From Candidatus Aminicenantes bacterium (lineage in GTDB: Bacteria; Acidobacteriota; Aminicenantia; UBA2199): DNA of 64,000 bases. The stretch covers positions 14,880-78,879 of the forward strand of contig JAOZUQ010000001.1 in assembly GCA_029938635.1 (NCBI GenBank), given 5' to 3'. Both the position numbers and the translations under genes were made by a program. The stretch's first letter is position 1; the number at the start of each line of letters is the position of its first letter. Under the pieces are notes generated by a model. The model was not told the DNA's origin. It searched no databases and was given only the letters and a program-made list of their open reading frames with translations. Positions 38,998 through 49,313 of the stretch are shown here, piece by piece.

Positions 38998-40506
38998 ATG
39001 TTGAAAAAAGCAGCAATTCTATTTTTCATACTTTTTATCGCAGGTGGTTTCTTTCTGATTCCGCAGGAACATCATGAAGGAGAGACCACAACCACTGAAC
39101 ATGGAGAGATCGTTCAGACGGAACATGGCGACAGCCACGGCCATTCAGGTCATGGTGATATTGGAAAAGAACTCCCCATCTGGTCTGCCGTCCCTTTCGT
39201 AGGTATTCTTTTATCCATTGCATTGTTTCCTCTTCTTGCACCGAAGTTCTGGCACCACAATTTCGGTAAAATTTCTTTTTTCTGGGCAATAGCATTCTCT
39301 CTTCCATTCCTGATCTTCTATAAATCTGCAGCATTCTACGAGATATCCCATATTTACCTGATAGACTACATCCCATTCATAATACTTCTCTGGGCCTTGT
39401 ACACAGTGTCTGGAGGGATATTGCTGAAGGGCTCGATTAAAGGTACCCCTCTTTCAAACCTTGTCATACTCCTGATCGGAACGCTCCTCTCTTCATGGAT
39501 CGGAACAACCGGATCTGCAATGCTGTTGATACGGCCTATCATAAGAGCAAACGCACACAGGAAAAACAAGGTTCATATTGTTGTCTTTTTCATATTCCTT
39601 GTTGCCAACATCGGCGGATCTCTTACACCACTCGGAGACCCTCCTCTATTTCTCGGATTCCTTCATGGCGTCAGCTTTTTCTGGACATTAAAACTGGTTC
39701 CGCATATGGCATTTGTATCTGTGATCCTTCTTGGAGCTTTCTTTCTGCTTGACACCTTTTATTATAAAAAGGAAGAGGTCTCTTCAGAAAATGTAGTTGA
39801 GAAAGATATAAAAAGAGAACCTATCAGACTAGTCGGAACACTCAATTTTATATTCCTTCTTGGAATCATCATTGGTGTCCTGTTCTCAGGTAGTGTGAAA
39901 CTGGGAGAAACAACAATATTCGGGGTTCATGTTGCATATCAAAATCTGGCCAGGGATTTCTTCCTGGTTTTGATGGGGGTCCTTTCACTTATATTCACGA
40001 AAAAAGCGTTACGAAAAGAGAATAATTTCACATGGTTCCCGATCCAGGAAGTCGCTATCCTGTTCGCAGGAATTTTTATGACAATTATTCCCGCCCTTGC
40101 AATGCTGAAGTCCGGCTCTTCCGGGCCTCTCGGTTTTATTGTTGCTGCAGTTAAAGAACCGTGGCAATATTTCTGGGTCACAGGAGGCCTTTCCAGTTTC
40201 CTTGATAACGCACCTACATATCTGACATTCTTTAACACCGCCTTAGGACAATTCTTTCCCGGTCAACCGGAATCTGTTGCGGTTGTTAAATTAATGTCAC
40301 AAAAAGCCCTTTATCTCAAAGCGATCTCTGCCGGAGCCGTTTTCATGGGCGCGATGACATATATCGGTAATGCACCGAATTTCATGGTGAAATCGATCGC
40401 TGAAGAGAATGATATTCAAATGCCAAGTTTCTTTGGATATATGGTGAAGTACTCTCTGATATTCCTTGTCCCGGCTTTTATTATCGTAACACTGGTATTC
40501 TTTTAG
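38998..40506 (+). CDS. Polytopic membrane permease (ion-transporter superfamily, ArsB/NhaD-like; putative Na+/H+ antiporter) with a His-rich N-terminal loop
   Basis: ~12 TM, a His-rich segment (HHEGETTTTEHGEIVQTEHGDSHGHSGHGD), and a GSLTPLGDPP hairpin-loop motif. Confidence 0.4.
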   Translation: MLKKAAILFFILFIAGGFFLIPQEHHEGETTTTEHGEIVQTEHGDSHGHSGHGDIGKELPIWSAVPFVGILLSIALFPLLAPKFWHHNFGKISFFWAIAFSLPFLIFYKSAAFYEISHIYLIDYIPFIILLWALYTVSGGILLKGSIKGTPLSNLVILLIGTLLSSWIGTTGSAMLLIRPIIRANAHRKNKVHIVVFFIFLVANIGGSLTPLGDPPLFLGFLHGVSFFWTLKLVPHMAFVSVILLGAFFLLDTFYYKKEEVSSENVVEKDIKREPIRLVGTLNFIFLLGIIIGVLFSGSVKLGETTIFGVHVAYQNLARDFFLVLMGVLSLIFTKKALRKENNFTWFPIQEVAILFAGIFMTIIPALAMLKSGSSGPLGFIVAAVKEPWQYFWVTGGLSSFLDNAPTYLTFFNTALGQFFPGQPESVAVVKLMSQKALYLKAISAGAVFMGAMTYIGNAPNFMVKSIAEENDIQMPSFFGYMVKYSLIFLVPAFIIVTLVFF

Positions 40507-40539
40507 ATAAAAAATCAGGAACCATAAATAAGAAATAAA

Positions 40540-40710
40540 TTAAAATTCGAAGCACGAAACCCGAAGCTCGAAACAAATTCAAAATAGGAATGCTCAAAAT
40601 TCAAAACAAAAGATTCTTTATTATTTTTGTTTCGAACATTTAGATTTTGAAAATTTGATATTGTTTCGGATTTCGATATTCGGATTTCGGATTTGATTTT
40701 TTCCTGACTT
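40540..40710. repeat. Inverted arrays of heptamer repeats (NNCGAAR x~4 on the left; ATTTCGG-like x~5 on the right at 40662-40700) forming a long imperfect palindrome
   Basis: Left arm TTCGAAGCACGAAACCCGAAGCTCGAAAC...; right arm GTTTCGGATTTCGATATTCGGATTTCGGATTTGA, with an AT-rich centre. Confidence 0.45.
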
Positions 40711-40779
40711 CTGAGAACCATAGCATATTGCTTTTTTATTTTTGTGGTGCTATAACAAGTTAAAAAATGGAGGAAAATA

Positions 40780-41376
40780 ATGGACTTTAATTTAATTATT
40801 CAACGGGTGATCGGGATAATCACAAAGCCTGTCGATGAATGGAAAAAGATCAAGGGTGAGCAATCTACAGTAGTGGGCCTCTTCACCAACTACGCCATCA
40901 TTCTTGCAGCAATCCCTGCAATTGCCGGGTTGGTTGGATGGATGATCGTTGGAAGATCGTTCATGGGAATAACAATAAGAATACCTTTCATGAGATCATT
41001 TACATGGGCGATCCTGATGTATATTTTCTCACTGGTGGGCGTTTATATACTTGCAATGGTTATCGACTTTCTAGCTCCGAATTTCGGTGCTAAGAAAGAT
41101 ATAGTTGATTCAACAAAAATAGCTGTATATTCTTCAACCCCATCCTGGGTCGCGGGTATTTTCCATATTATACCTGCACTCGGTATGCTTGCGATGATAG
41201 CCGGATTCTACTCCCTCTATCTCCTTTACCTCGGGATAAAAGATGTAAAATCTCCACAAGGCGACAAAGCAACCCCATATTTTGCTGTTGTTATAATAGT
41301 TTACATAGTAATAGCATTCCTGATCTCTTTCATCGTGGGAACTATCGCTTTTGGTAGTGCTCGTGCTTTTTTATAG
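40780..41376 (+). CDS. Yip1-family membrane protein
   Basis: 198 aa with 5 TM and a Yip1-like N-terminus (IITKPVDEWKKIKGE). Confidence 0.55.
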   Translation: MDFNLIIQRVIGIITKPVDEWKKIKGEQSTVVGLFTNYAIILAAIPAIAGLVGWMIVGRSFMGITIRIPFMRSFTWAILMYIFSLVGVYILAMVIDFLAPNFGAKKDIVDSTKIAVYSSTPSWVAGIFHIIPALGMLAMIAGFYSLYLLYLGIKDVKSPQGDKATPYFAVVIIVYIVIAFLISFIVGTIAFGSARAFL

Positions 41377-41409
41377 AGCGATTTTTAGTCAAACAATAAT
41401 TCAATAAAA

Positions 41410-41436
41410 CTCTCCCCTCTTAACCGGGGGGAGAGG
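41410..41436 (+). terminator. GC-rich hairpin (CTCTCCCCTCTTAACCGGGGGGAGAGG), a putative intrinsic terminator; it resembles the C6/G6 repeat family at 35.3-35.8 kb
   Basis: 8-bp stem CTCTCCCC/GGGGAGAG downstream of the Yip1 gene. Confidence 0.4.
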
Positions 41437-41535
41437 ATTTGAATCATCCTGAAATATTCTATATAATTCACATTTATGAAACTAATAATGAAATATTAAC
41501 GTCATAATTTTAATATACACTTTAGGAGGAAGAAA

Positions 41536-42960
41536 ATGAAAAAGATCGGATTTGTCGCTGGTGCCAGTTTCCTGGCCGGAGCAATATTTTTTGCATTAAC
41601 ATTCGGCTTCATACAGAAGAATTCTACTGAAGCCCCCAAAATAAAGCAGACTGAAGCATATGCAGAGGTAGTAAAATCAGTAGGACTTAACTTTGCCCCG
41701 CTGGTAAAGAAAGTTAAGCCTGCCGTTGTCAAAGTGACTTCTGAGGCGATAAGAGAGAGGAGACGTTCAGCTTTCGGAGACGATTTCTTTGACAGATTTT
41801 TTAACTCTCCCGGAAGAAGTGAAAAAGTATCAGGTATCGGATCCGGGTTCCTGATCTCTAATGATGGCTATATAGTAACCAATAATCATGTTGTTAAAGG
41901 TGCAATCAAAGTAACCATAACAACATTTGATGAAAAGAAATATATAGCAAAGATCATCGGTACTGATCCTAAAACAGATCTTGCACTTTTAAAAATAAAA
42001 GGGAAAGATCATCCTTTTATAACTCTGGGTGATTCCGATGCAGTGGAAATCGGCGAGTGGGTCCTCGCGATAGGCAACCCTTTCGGTCAGGACCTTACTG
42101 TAACAGCAGGGATCATATCCGCAAAGGAAAGGAGGATCGGTGCCACCACTTATGAAGATTATCTTCAAACCGATGCCGCAATAAACAGAGGCAATTCAGG
42201 CGGGCCTTTGATAAATATGGATGGAAAAGTCGTAGGTATAAATTCAGTGATTATCGCCCCCACAGGCGGTAGTGTCGGTATCGGATTTGCTATCTCATCC
42301 AACATGGCGAAAAAAGTAATAGGTGATATTAAAACAAAAGGTAGAGTTGTCAGAGGATGGCTGGGAATCAGTATCAAACAATTAAGTAAAGATGAGGCAA
42401 AACAATTTGATTACCCGATGGTAGGGCTCCTTATTCAGAATGTGGAGAATAACTCTCCTGCACAGAAAGCAGGATTAAAAAGGAACGATTTTATCATAAA
42501 ACTTAATGGAGACAGGATCAAAAGCGGAAGCGACCTGAGCCTTAAAATTGCAAACCTGAATCCGGGAGACATAATAAAACTTGCTCTCTACAGAGGTGAA
42601 AAACTTCTCAATGTAAGTGTAAAGATCGGAGAAGCCCCTGATACGATGAAGTTCAAATCATCCGGAGAGGATGGCAGGACCATCGATCTCGGAATGATAC
42701 TTGTAGACAATAGCAGATCTCTTGCTAGAGAACTGGAACTCAGGACAACCAAAGGTGTTGTTGTGCAGAAAGCTTCAGGAATAGCCTCAAAGAACGGTAT
42801 CAAACCATACGATGTGATCCTTGGTGTGAACAGAACTGAAATAACATCGGTAGACCAGTTCCGAAATATACTCTCAACAAAGGAGCCGGGATCATATGTA
42901 TTTTTATACATTAACAGATTCGGCCAGGAGTCCTATCTGAAGTTCATACTTCCCAAATGA
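41536..42960 (+). CDS. degP: Periplasmic serine endoprotease DegP/HtrA (Do family, two PDZ domains)
   Basis: GSGFLISNDGYIVTNNHVV, DLALLKI and GNSGGPL (catalytic triad context), followed by two PDZ domains. Confidence 0.9.
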   Translation: MKKIGFVAGASFLAGAIFFALTFGFIQKNSTEAPKIKQTEAYAEVVKSVGLNFAPLVKKVKPAVVKVTSEAIRERRRSAFGDDFFDRFFNSPGRSEKVSGIGSGFLISNDGYIVTNNHVVKGAIKVTITTFDEKKYIAKIIGTDPKTDLALLKIKGKDHPFITLGDSDAVEIGEWVLAIGNPFGQDLTVTAGIISAKERRIGATTYEDYLQTDAAINRGNSGGPLINMDGKVVGINSVIIAPTGGSVGIGFAISSNMAKKVIGDIKTKGRVVRGWLGISIKQLSKDEAKQFDYPMVGLLIQNVENNSPAQKAGLKRNDFIIKLNGDRIKSGSDLSLKIANLNPGDIIKLALYRGEKLLNVSVKIGEAPDTMKFKSSGEDGRTIDLGMILVDNSRSLARELELRTTKGVVVQKASGIASKNGIKPYDVILGVNRTEITSVDQFRNILSTKEPGSYVFLYINRFGQESYLKFILPK

Positions 42961-43805
42961 TATTTCATAAAACTTCAACCTCGGGCAATAATTTTATTAT
43001 CGTTGACCTGGTTGAATTTAATAAACTTGGCAAGGATGAAGGGAAGTTTGCAACAGAAATATGTGACAAAATTGAGGGGCCGGGTGCCGATGGTGTGATC
43101 TTCTTTTTACCGGAAGATGATGTATTCAATTTTTCGATCTTCAATAGTGACGGCAGCGAAGCCGAAATTTCAGGAAACGGTATGGCGGGACTCTCCGCAA
43201 CACTATTCTCGATGAAGGAGAATAGAAACCCGATAAAACTACGGACCCTGGCAGGAACCAGAATTATCCGACTCATAGATAAAGAGGGAAATGGTTTCCG
43301 GCAGGAAGTAGATATGGGACTACCCGATTTTAATGAAAAAAGATTCTTTCCGTTTCTCACCCCAGGCAGGAAGGAGTATGAATACAAAGGGATAAATTTC
43401 TTTCCTGTCTCAACAGGCAATCCTCATGTAGTTGTAATTCTGAAGGAATATCCGGAAGATATAGCAAAACTGAAAATGTCAGGCAGGATTCTTGAATCCG
43501 GAAATATCTTCCCCCACAGGACTAATGTTGAATTTGTCTTCCCCATAGATAAAACCAGCCCGAAGGATATTCCTGTTATAGAAACCCTCTTTTACGAGAG
43601 AGGTGCAGGTCTTACTCCATTTTCTTCAACCGGCAGTACAGCAGTGTTTGCAGTTTTGCATGACCTGGGAATTGTAGGTGATTCTTTAAAGATAAAAACA
43701 TTGGAAGAACCTGTACTTATATCTCTAAAGAAGAGGATATCCATTGAAAGTTACACAAAAATAGTTTATAAAGGGGAATACGTTACAGGTAAAAAAATAC
43801 AATGA
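42957..43805 (+). CDS. dapF: Diaminopimelate epimerase
   Basis: FHKTSTSGNNFIIVD (N-terminal active-site Cys region) and GNPHVV, 282 aa. Confidence 0.85.
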   Translation: MIFHKTSTSGNNFIIVDLVEFNKLGKDEGKFATEICDKIEGPGADGVIFFLPEDDVFNFSIFNSDGSEAEISGNGMAGLSATLFSMKENRNPIKLRTLAGTRIIRLIDKEGNGFRQEVDMGLPDFNEKRFFPFLTPGRKEYEYKGINFFPVSTGNPHVVVILKEYPEDIAKLKMSGRILESGNIFPHRTNVEFVFPIDKTSPKDIPVIETLFYERGAGLTPFSSTGSTAVFAVLHDLGIVGDSLKIKTLEEPVLISLKKRISIESYTKIVYKGEYVTGKKIQ

Positions 43806-44434
43806 AATTTAAACTCTTCTTTCTATTCCTTTCAGTAATATTTTTTGTTAATACTTTAGCTGCCGACATCCTTTATACAATAGACAATCAGGTCTATGAA
43901 GGAAAATTTGTAGCTTTCAGGTTTGAGACCATATACTTTAATGTTTATAAGTTCGGAAAGGTTTCAGACACAAAAAGATTCCCCATATTCAAGGTGCATA
44001 AAATAGTCTTCAATCCAAAGCAGGAAGGGGCTGAAACATCTTACGAACTTGAACAGAAATACAGAAAGCTGCGAAGAGGTAAAAGGGTGATCAGGATCAC
44101 CCTGCCCGCCGGGAAGAGCTGGAAGGATACAGGAATTAATTTGAAAGAGAACCAGGATATCCTCTTCTCAATTACCGGATCGATAATGATAGAAAAAGAT
44201 CTTAAGGTTCTCCACTACGGAGAACTGAACGTAAAATGGAACAGAAAAAAACAGATGCCCACTCAGCCGACAGGAGCTGTGATCGCAAAAATCGGTGAGA
44301 ATGGGAACCCGTTTTATGTAGGGGATAACAAAGCACCTTTCAAAAGTAAGAAAAAGGGTAGACTTTATATCGGGATCAATGATTTTAAATTCGAGGATAA
44401 CGAGAGTGCGTTTTCCGTTACTATTTATTATTAA
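43802..44434 (+). CDS. Secreted hypothetical protein whose C-terminal half resembles the PA-IL (LecA) galactophilic lectin fold
   Basis: Signal peptide. AVIAKIGENGNPFYVGDN and LYIGINDFKFEDNESAFSVTI are reminiscent of LecA ALVMKIGNSGTIPVNTG and [23 protein letters not shown]. This is based on my recollection of LecA. Confidence 0.3.
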   Translation: MKFKLFFLFLSVIFFVNTLAADILYTIDNQVYEGKFVAFRFETIYFNVYKFGKVSDTKRFPIFKVHKIVFNPKQEGAETSYELEQKYRKLRRGKRVIRITLPAGKSWKDTGINLKENQDILFSITGSIMIEKDLKVLHYGELNVKWNRKKQMPTQPTGAVIAKIGENGNPFYVGDNKAPFKSKKKGRLYIGINDFKFEDNESAFSVTIYY

Positions 44435-45329
44435 AAACTAAAAAAGGCTTAAACTTGTGAAGTACCGAATCCTTCCTGGCAAATGCAAGAAGATTTCCGT
44501 CATAATCAAATATTCTGTAATTTTCCGAATCTTCTCCGGATGAAACTTCGATAATATCTTTAAGTGACAGCATCGCGCCATTCTTAACCATCTCACTTCC
44601 GTTCTGTGAAACAATTATTCTGGGGAATTCCTCAAGAAGCATCTCAATGGGAATCACCCCCTTCTGAAGATCATTCTCCTTTCCTGATTGCAATTCAAGC
44701 TCCTGAAGCGTTATTGCATCTTTAAGATCAAACTCACCTACAGTCTCCCTTATAAGTTCCTGCAAAAAAGCGCCTGTTCCGGCTTTAGCCCCAATATCAT
44801 GTGCCAGAGACCGAAGGTAAGTTCCTGAAGAAGTGACAGTGCGGAATCTAAGCATATCATTTGCAAGTATCTTTGTTTCAAGTGAAAAAATCTCTACTTC
44901 TACAGGCTCTATTTTTACTTCAAGATTTTTTCTCGCATATTTATAAAGAGGTATACCTTTATATTTTTTGGCTGAATATTTGGGAGGGTATTGGAGAAAT
45001 CGCCCCCTGAATCCTGATAAAAGTTCTCCCAGATCTATTTTGTTCAGGTCTATATCTTTCTTCTCACCTACCTGTTCTCCCTCGCCATCATAGGTCGTGG
45101 TTGAATAACCGAATTTTATTATTCCCGAATAGGTCTTGTTTCTTCCAACAAAAAAATCAAAGAATTTGGTTACATTTCCAACCCCCACCAGGAGTAACCC
45201 TTCCGCCAGTGGATCGAGAGTTCCGAAATGCCCGGCCTTTTTTACGCCGAGAATTGTTTTTACTCTCTTTACAACATCATGAGAAGTGAACCCCTTCTCC
45301 TTTCTGATCAGTATAATTCCGTTTATCAT
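44421..45329 (-). CDS. truB: tRNA pseudouridine(55) synthase
   Basis: GIILIRKEKGFTSHDVV...AGHFGTLDPLAEGLL is canonical for TruB. Confidence 0.9.
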   Translation of the reverse strand: MINGIILIRKEKGFTSHDVVKRVKTILGVKKAGHFGTLDPLAEGLLLVGVGNVTKFFDFFVGRNKTYSGIIKFGYSTTTYDGEGEQVGEKKDIDLNKIDLGELLSGFRGRFLQYPPKYSAKKYKGIPLYKYARKNLEVKIEPVEVEIFSLETKILANDMLRFRTVTSSGTYLRSLAHDIGAKAGTGAFLQELIRETVGEFDLKDAITLQELELQSGKENDLQKGVIPIEMLLEEFPRIIVSQNGSEMVKNGAMLSLKDIIEVSSGEDSENYRIFDYDGNLLAFARKDSVLHKFKPFLVFNNK

Positions 45330-45347
45330 TTTTCCTGAATTATCTTT

Positions 45348-46301
45348 TTACGATTTTAATTGATCAAGAATAACATTTGTGATCTCTTTTTTAGCATCCT
45401 CAAAATTTCCAGTGAAAAAGAATCCGGCAGCATGGCCATGGCCTCCCCCGTTAAAATGTGCTGCAATTGCCGAAGCGCTGAAATCACCTTTCGATCTTAT
45501 CGATGCTCTGAAAAGATCATCATCGATCTCCTTAAGAAACAATACTACTTTTACTCCAAGAACCGATCTGACTATGGAAATAATATCCTCTGTTTCATAG
45601 TCATCTATCTTCCCTGAGTCTATGAAATCTGCTCTGCAGAATATAAAGGCCATTTCTCCATTGTGATAAAATTCGAGAGTTGAAAGTATCTTTCTGATCA
45701 GTACAACCTTCTCGGCCGGATTAGAATTAAAAATGAGATCACTTACTAAATAAGGTTCGATTTCCGATCTTTTAACTATGTCTGATGCTGTCTTCAATGC
45801 CCGGTATGATGTGTTCGAATATTTAAAAGAACCGGTATCTGAAGCTATTGCTGCATACAGGTTAAAACCTATTTCTTTTGTGAAATCAATATTCAATTCC
45901 TTTCCGAGATCAAATATTAACTCTCCGACCGCAGACGCTTCAGGATCTATCCAATTCATATCTGAGATGGTTGAACTGGTAACGTGGTGATCAATGTTTA
46001 TAGTAAAATATTTTGAAAGATTCTTTTGCTCATGCCGATCCTCACTTCCCCCCTCCAGTAAAATTACGAGATCGAATTTGTCCGGATAAATTTGCTTATA
46101 TTCCACCCTGTCAAACCCCGGGAATTCTGTGATCGGGAAAGAAGCTCTGTCACTATTTCTGAAACTGACATTTTTCCCAAGCTGCTCAAGCATCAGGCAG
46201 AGGGCAATCCCGCTTCCGATACAATCTGCATCAGGGCGGATATGTGAACTTATAGCAATATTATTTGCATTAAGGATCTTTTTCGCTATTTTACTCTTCA
46301 T
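45348..46301 (-). CDS. nrnA: DHH-family oligoribonuclease/pAp phosphatase NrnA
   Basis: DHH motif (INIDHH), DHHA1 GGGH motif, 317 aa. Confidence 0.8.
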   Translation of the reverse strand: MKSKIAKKILNANNIAISSHIRPDADCIGSGIALCLMLEQLGKNVSFRNSDRASFPITEFPGFDRVEYKQIYPDKFDLVILLEGGSEDRHEQKNLSKYFTINIDHHVTSSTISDMNWIDPEASAVGELIFDLGKELNIDFTKEIGFNLYAAIASDTGSFKYSNTSYRALKTASDIVKRSEIEPYLVSDLIFNSNPAEKVVLIRKILSTLEFYHNGEMAFIFCRADFIDSGKIDDYETEDIISIVRSVLGVKVVLFLKEIDDDLFRASIRSKGDFSASAIAAHFNGGGHGHAAGFFFTGNFEDAKKEITNVILDQLKS

Positions 46302-46630
46302 TGATCATCAACTCCGGGTTCATCAATTATTTTCTGATCAAACTCAAAAGCGGAATCATAAAAGAATTGCAGGTCCGGTAGAAATTTGAGATAAACAGAT
46401 CTCGATAACTCTTTTCTTATATATCCTCTGGCATTTTTAAGCTTCTTAATTACGGTATCCGGATCAGATTCGAAAGAGGAAACGTATATCTTTGCAATTT
46501 TCAGATCTCCGCTGAGGAAAACATTGGATACAGAAGTTGAACGGAGGTCGGGGTCAGCCATCTTATTCAGCAAAATTCCCCCGATTGCATTTTTTAAAGT
46601 ACTTGAAATTTTTTCAACTCGAAATGACAT
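46298..46630 (-). CDS. rbfA: Ribosome-binding factor A
   Basis: MSFRVEKISSTLKNAIGGIL...DPDL is typical of RbfA. Confidence 0.85.
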   Translation of the reverse strand: MSFRVEKISSTLKNAIGGILLNKMADPDLRSTSVSNVFLSGDLKIAKIYVSSFESDPDTVIKKLKNARGYIRKELSRSVYLKFLPDLQFFYDSAFEFDQKIIDEPGVDDQ

Positions 46631-46911
46631 TATAAATACTCTATTTCAACATTCAGGATCTCGACAGGATAATTATCAAATATATGATCTTCACACTGAC
46701 GAAAAACTTTGCCGACAATCTCTTTTGAACCGGACAACAATGCAATTGATATTTCTATTTTTTGCCACATATCCTGATAATTACTCTCAATGATGGAGAT
46801 ATTGAATTTATTTTTTAGTTTCTCCTTGATACTGGACACTATCCGTCTTTTTTCCTTCAGACTGTGTACACTTTTTGCAAGAAGAGTTATTCTCATAAGA
46901 CCTATAATCAC
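46630..46911 (-). CDS. DUF503 family protein (YlxP-like)
   Basis: 93 aa, [22 protein letters not shown]. It sits in the typical position between infB and rbfA. Confidence 0.7.
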   Translation of the reverse strand: MIIGLMRITLLAKSVHSLKEKRRIVSSIKEKLKNKFNISIIESNYQDMWQKIEISIALLSGSKEIVGKVFRQCEDHIFDNYPVEILNVEIEYL

Positions 46912-49304
46912 TGTTGTTTCAGTTCATAAACTTCAATAATATCACCAATTTCTATGCTATTGAAATTTTTCAACTTAATTCCGCATTCAGTTCCGGCATT
47001 TACCTCTTTAACCTCATCTTTGACTCTTTTTAAAGTTTCGATCTCACCTTCAAATACCAGATCATCTCCTCGCATAACCTTAAGAAGTGATTTATTAGTG
47101 ATCTTTCCTTCCCTTACGATACATCCGGCAATATTGCCGAGTTTTGAGATCTTAAATTTTTGCAGAACTTCAATTTTCCCTATCTGAGACTCAATATAAA
47201 CAGGATCTATCTCACCCTTAATGGCCTTTTCAAATTCCTCCATCAGATGATAAATCACACTATAAAGTTTGATCTCAACACCCTCTCTTTTAGCAGAAAC
47301 AAGTACTTTCTGAGGTGCTTTTACATTAAACCCGAGAATCACAGCTCCTGATGTTGCCGCAAGCAAGACATCACTGTCAGTAATATTTCCTATACTTTTA
47401 TGTACAACATTAACTTTAAGTTCCTTAACTCCCATCTTCATCAGGATATCAACAAGTATTTCACCTGAGCCGAAGTTATCAGTTTTCAGTACGATCGGGA
47501 ATTCTTTGATCAGCTTCTCATCCATCTTCTGAAAAAGATTTTGGAGACTTAGTTTCTTGTCAGCTTCAACTTCGTCCCTTTTTGTCTCCTTGACAAATTG
47601 CTTTCTTAGTTCAATTACCTTTTTAGCTTTCGAAATATCCTCTACTACCTGGAATCTTTCACCGGATTCAGGAACAACTTCAAACCCCATCACCTCTACC
47701 GGGGCCGGACTTACAGCCTCATTCAGAGTTTTACCCGCATCATCGAAAAGCGATCTGATCTTTCCTGTTGAGTTACCCGAGATAAAAAAGTCTCCCCTCT
47801 TTATCTGCCCCTCCTGGACCAGGACAGTACCGACAGGGCCAAGTTTCGGATCAAGACGTGCCTCAATAACAGTCCCCCATCCCGGAACATCCTTATATGA
47901 CTTGAGCTCCAGCATATCCGCTACAAGAGAGACCATCTCAAGAAAAGAATCCAGATTTGTATTATTTTTTGCTGATATATCAACCGAAACCACATCTCCG
48001 CCCCAGTCCTCTACAACAACATTGTGAGTAGTCAGTTCCTGTTTGACCTTGTTGGAATCTGCTCCGTCAAGATCGATCTTATTAATTGCAATAATCAGAG
48101 GTACTCCAGCTGCTTTTGCATGGTTAATCGCTTCTATCGTCTGGGGCTTGACCCCGTCATTAGCTGCAACAACCAACACTACAATATCGGTAACCTTCGC
48201 GCCTCTTGCACGCAGATTTGTAAAAGCTTCATGACCGGGTGTGTCAATAAAAACAATATCACCCTTATTTGTCTTTAGTTTATATGCACCGATCTTCTGA
48301 GTTATACCGCCGGCCTCACGCTCGACTACTCTGGTTTTTCTTAAGGTATCAAGCAAAGTTGTCTTACCATGATCTACATGCCCCATAACTGTAACAACAG
48401 GCGGCCTTGGTGAATTTTCAGGATTTTTCCTTTCAAGCAAACTGGAAAACACTTCCTCTTCATAACCTACTATATTTACATTTACATTGAACTCAGAGCA
48501 GATACTTCTGATCTCCTCCTCATTAAGGAACTGGTTCAGATGAAATTCCACGCCCAAATCTCTCATCTTATCTTCAATGAATTTCAGCTTTATGTTAAGT
48601 TTCTCTCCGAGCTCCTTGAGAGTAATGAAATCCGATGTCTGGATCATTTCAGGTACAGATGAAAGATCAGCTTCTTTCTTAGGAACAGTACTTACTTCCG
48701 GCACCCTCTTTTCACCTCTCCCTCTGTGATCATGTCTTCCATGCCTGAAATTACGTCTCTTTCTCACGTCGGCCATAGTGGTCCTTCTTTCCGGAAGTTT
48801 TTTCCCCGGCCTTTGTATTGGCGGGGCCGGTTTTTTCTGAGGGATAACCTTTTTGACCGGTTCCACTATTTTTTCTTCTATCTTTTTTACAGGTTTTTCC
48901 GGAACAGGCTTAACAACCTTTACCGGTTCAGGTTCTACAACTTTTACAGGCTCAGGTTCTTTTTTCACTTCAACAACTTTCTCTATTACAACAGGAGGTG
49001 TTTCTATCTTTTCCTCTATCTCTATTTTTTCCGGCTCTTTTTCGGGCTTTTCTTCTGTTTTAACCGTTTCAGCTTCCTTTACAGGTTTCTTCTTCTTTGC
49101 CTTCAAAAATTTCTCATATTCTTTTGTAATATCTTTAATTTTCGCGGGATCCTGTGAAAAACTCCTTAATAATTCAAGTTGCTCCATCGATATTGCCGAT
49201 GAATGAGATTTAACCGGTACATCGTGCTTCTCAAGGAAGAACATCGCAAGTTTATTTGTTATATTAAATTGTTTTGTCGCCTCATGTAATTTGATGTTCT
49301 GCAT
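46908..49304 (-). CDS. infB: Translation initiation factor IF-2 with a repetitive Pro/Glu/Val/Lys-rich N-terminal region
   Basis: G-domain [25 protein letters not shown] and NKID. N-terminal [16 protein letters not shown] repeats. Confidence 0.95.
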   Translation of the reverse strand: MQNIKLHEATKQFNITNKLAMFFLEKHDVPVKSHSSAISMEQLELLRSFSQDPAKIKDITKEYEKFLKAKKKKPVKEAETVKTEEKPEKEPEKIEIEEKIETPPVVIEKVVEVKKEPEPVKVVEPEPVKVVKPVPEKPVKKIEEKIVEPVKKVIPQKKPAPPIQRPGKKLPERRTTMADVRKRRNFRHGRHDHRGRGEKRVPEVSTVPKKEADLSSVPEMIQTSDFITLKELGEKLNIKLKFIEDKMRDLGVEFHLNQFLNEEEIRSICSEFNVNVNIVGYEEEVFSSLLERKNPENSPRPPVVTVMGHVDHGKTTLLDTLRKTRVVEREAGGITQKIGAYKLKTNKGDIVFIDTPGHEAFTNLRARGAKVTDIVVLVVAANDGVKPQTIEAINHAKAAGVPLIIAINKIDLDGADSNKVKQELTTHNVVVEDWGGDVVSVDISAKNNTNLDSFLEMVSLVADMLELKSYKDVPGWGTVIEARLDPKLGPVGTVLVQEGQIKRGDFFISGNSTGKIRSLFDDAGKTLNEAVSPAPVEVMGFEVVPESGERFQVVEDISKAKKVIELRKQFVKETKRDEVEADKKLSLQNLFQKMDEKLIKEFPIVLKTDNFGSGEILVDILMKMGVKELKVNVVHKSIGNITDSDVLLAATSGAVILGFNVKAPQKVLVSAKREGVEIKLYSVIYHLMEEFEKAIKGEIDPVYIESQIGKIEVLQKFKISKLGNIAGCIVREGKITNKSLLKVMRGDDLVFEGEIETLKRVKDEVKEVNAGTECGIKLKNFNSIEIGDIIEVYELKQQ

Positions 49305-49313
49305 ATAATCCTC

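Noticed and set aside
48726-49206. Overlapping plus-strand ORFs (143 and 117 aa) with F/R/Y- or G/S/T-rich repeats
   Set aside because: They lie antisense to the repetitive EPEPVKVV-encoding N-terminal region of infB. They are frame artefacts of the tandem repeat and not genes.
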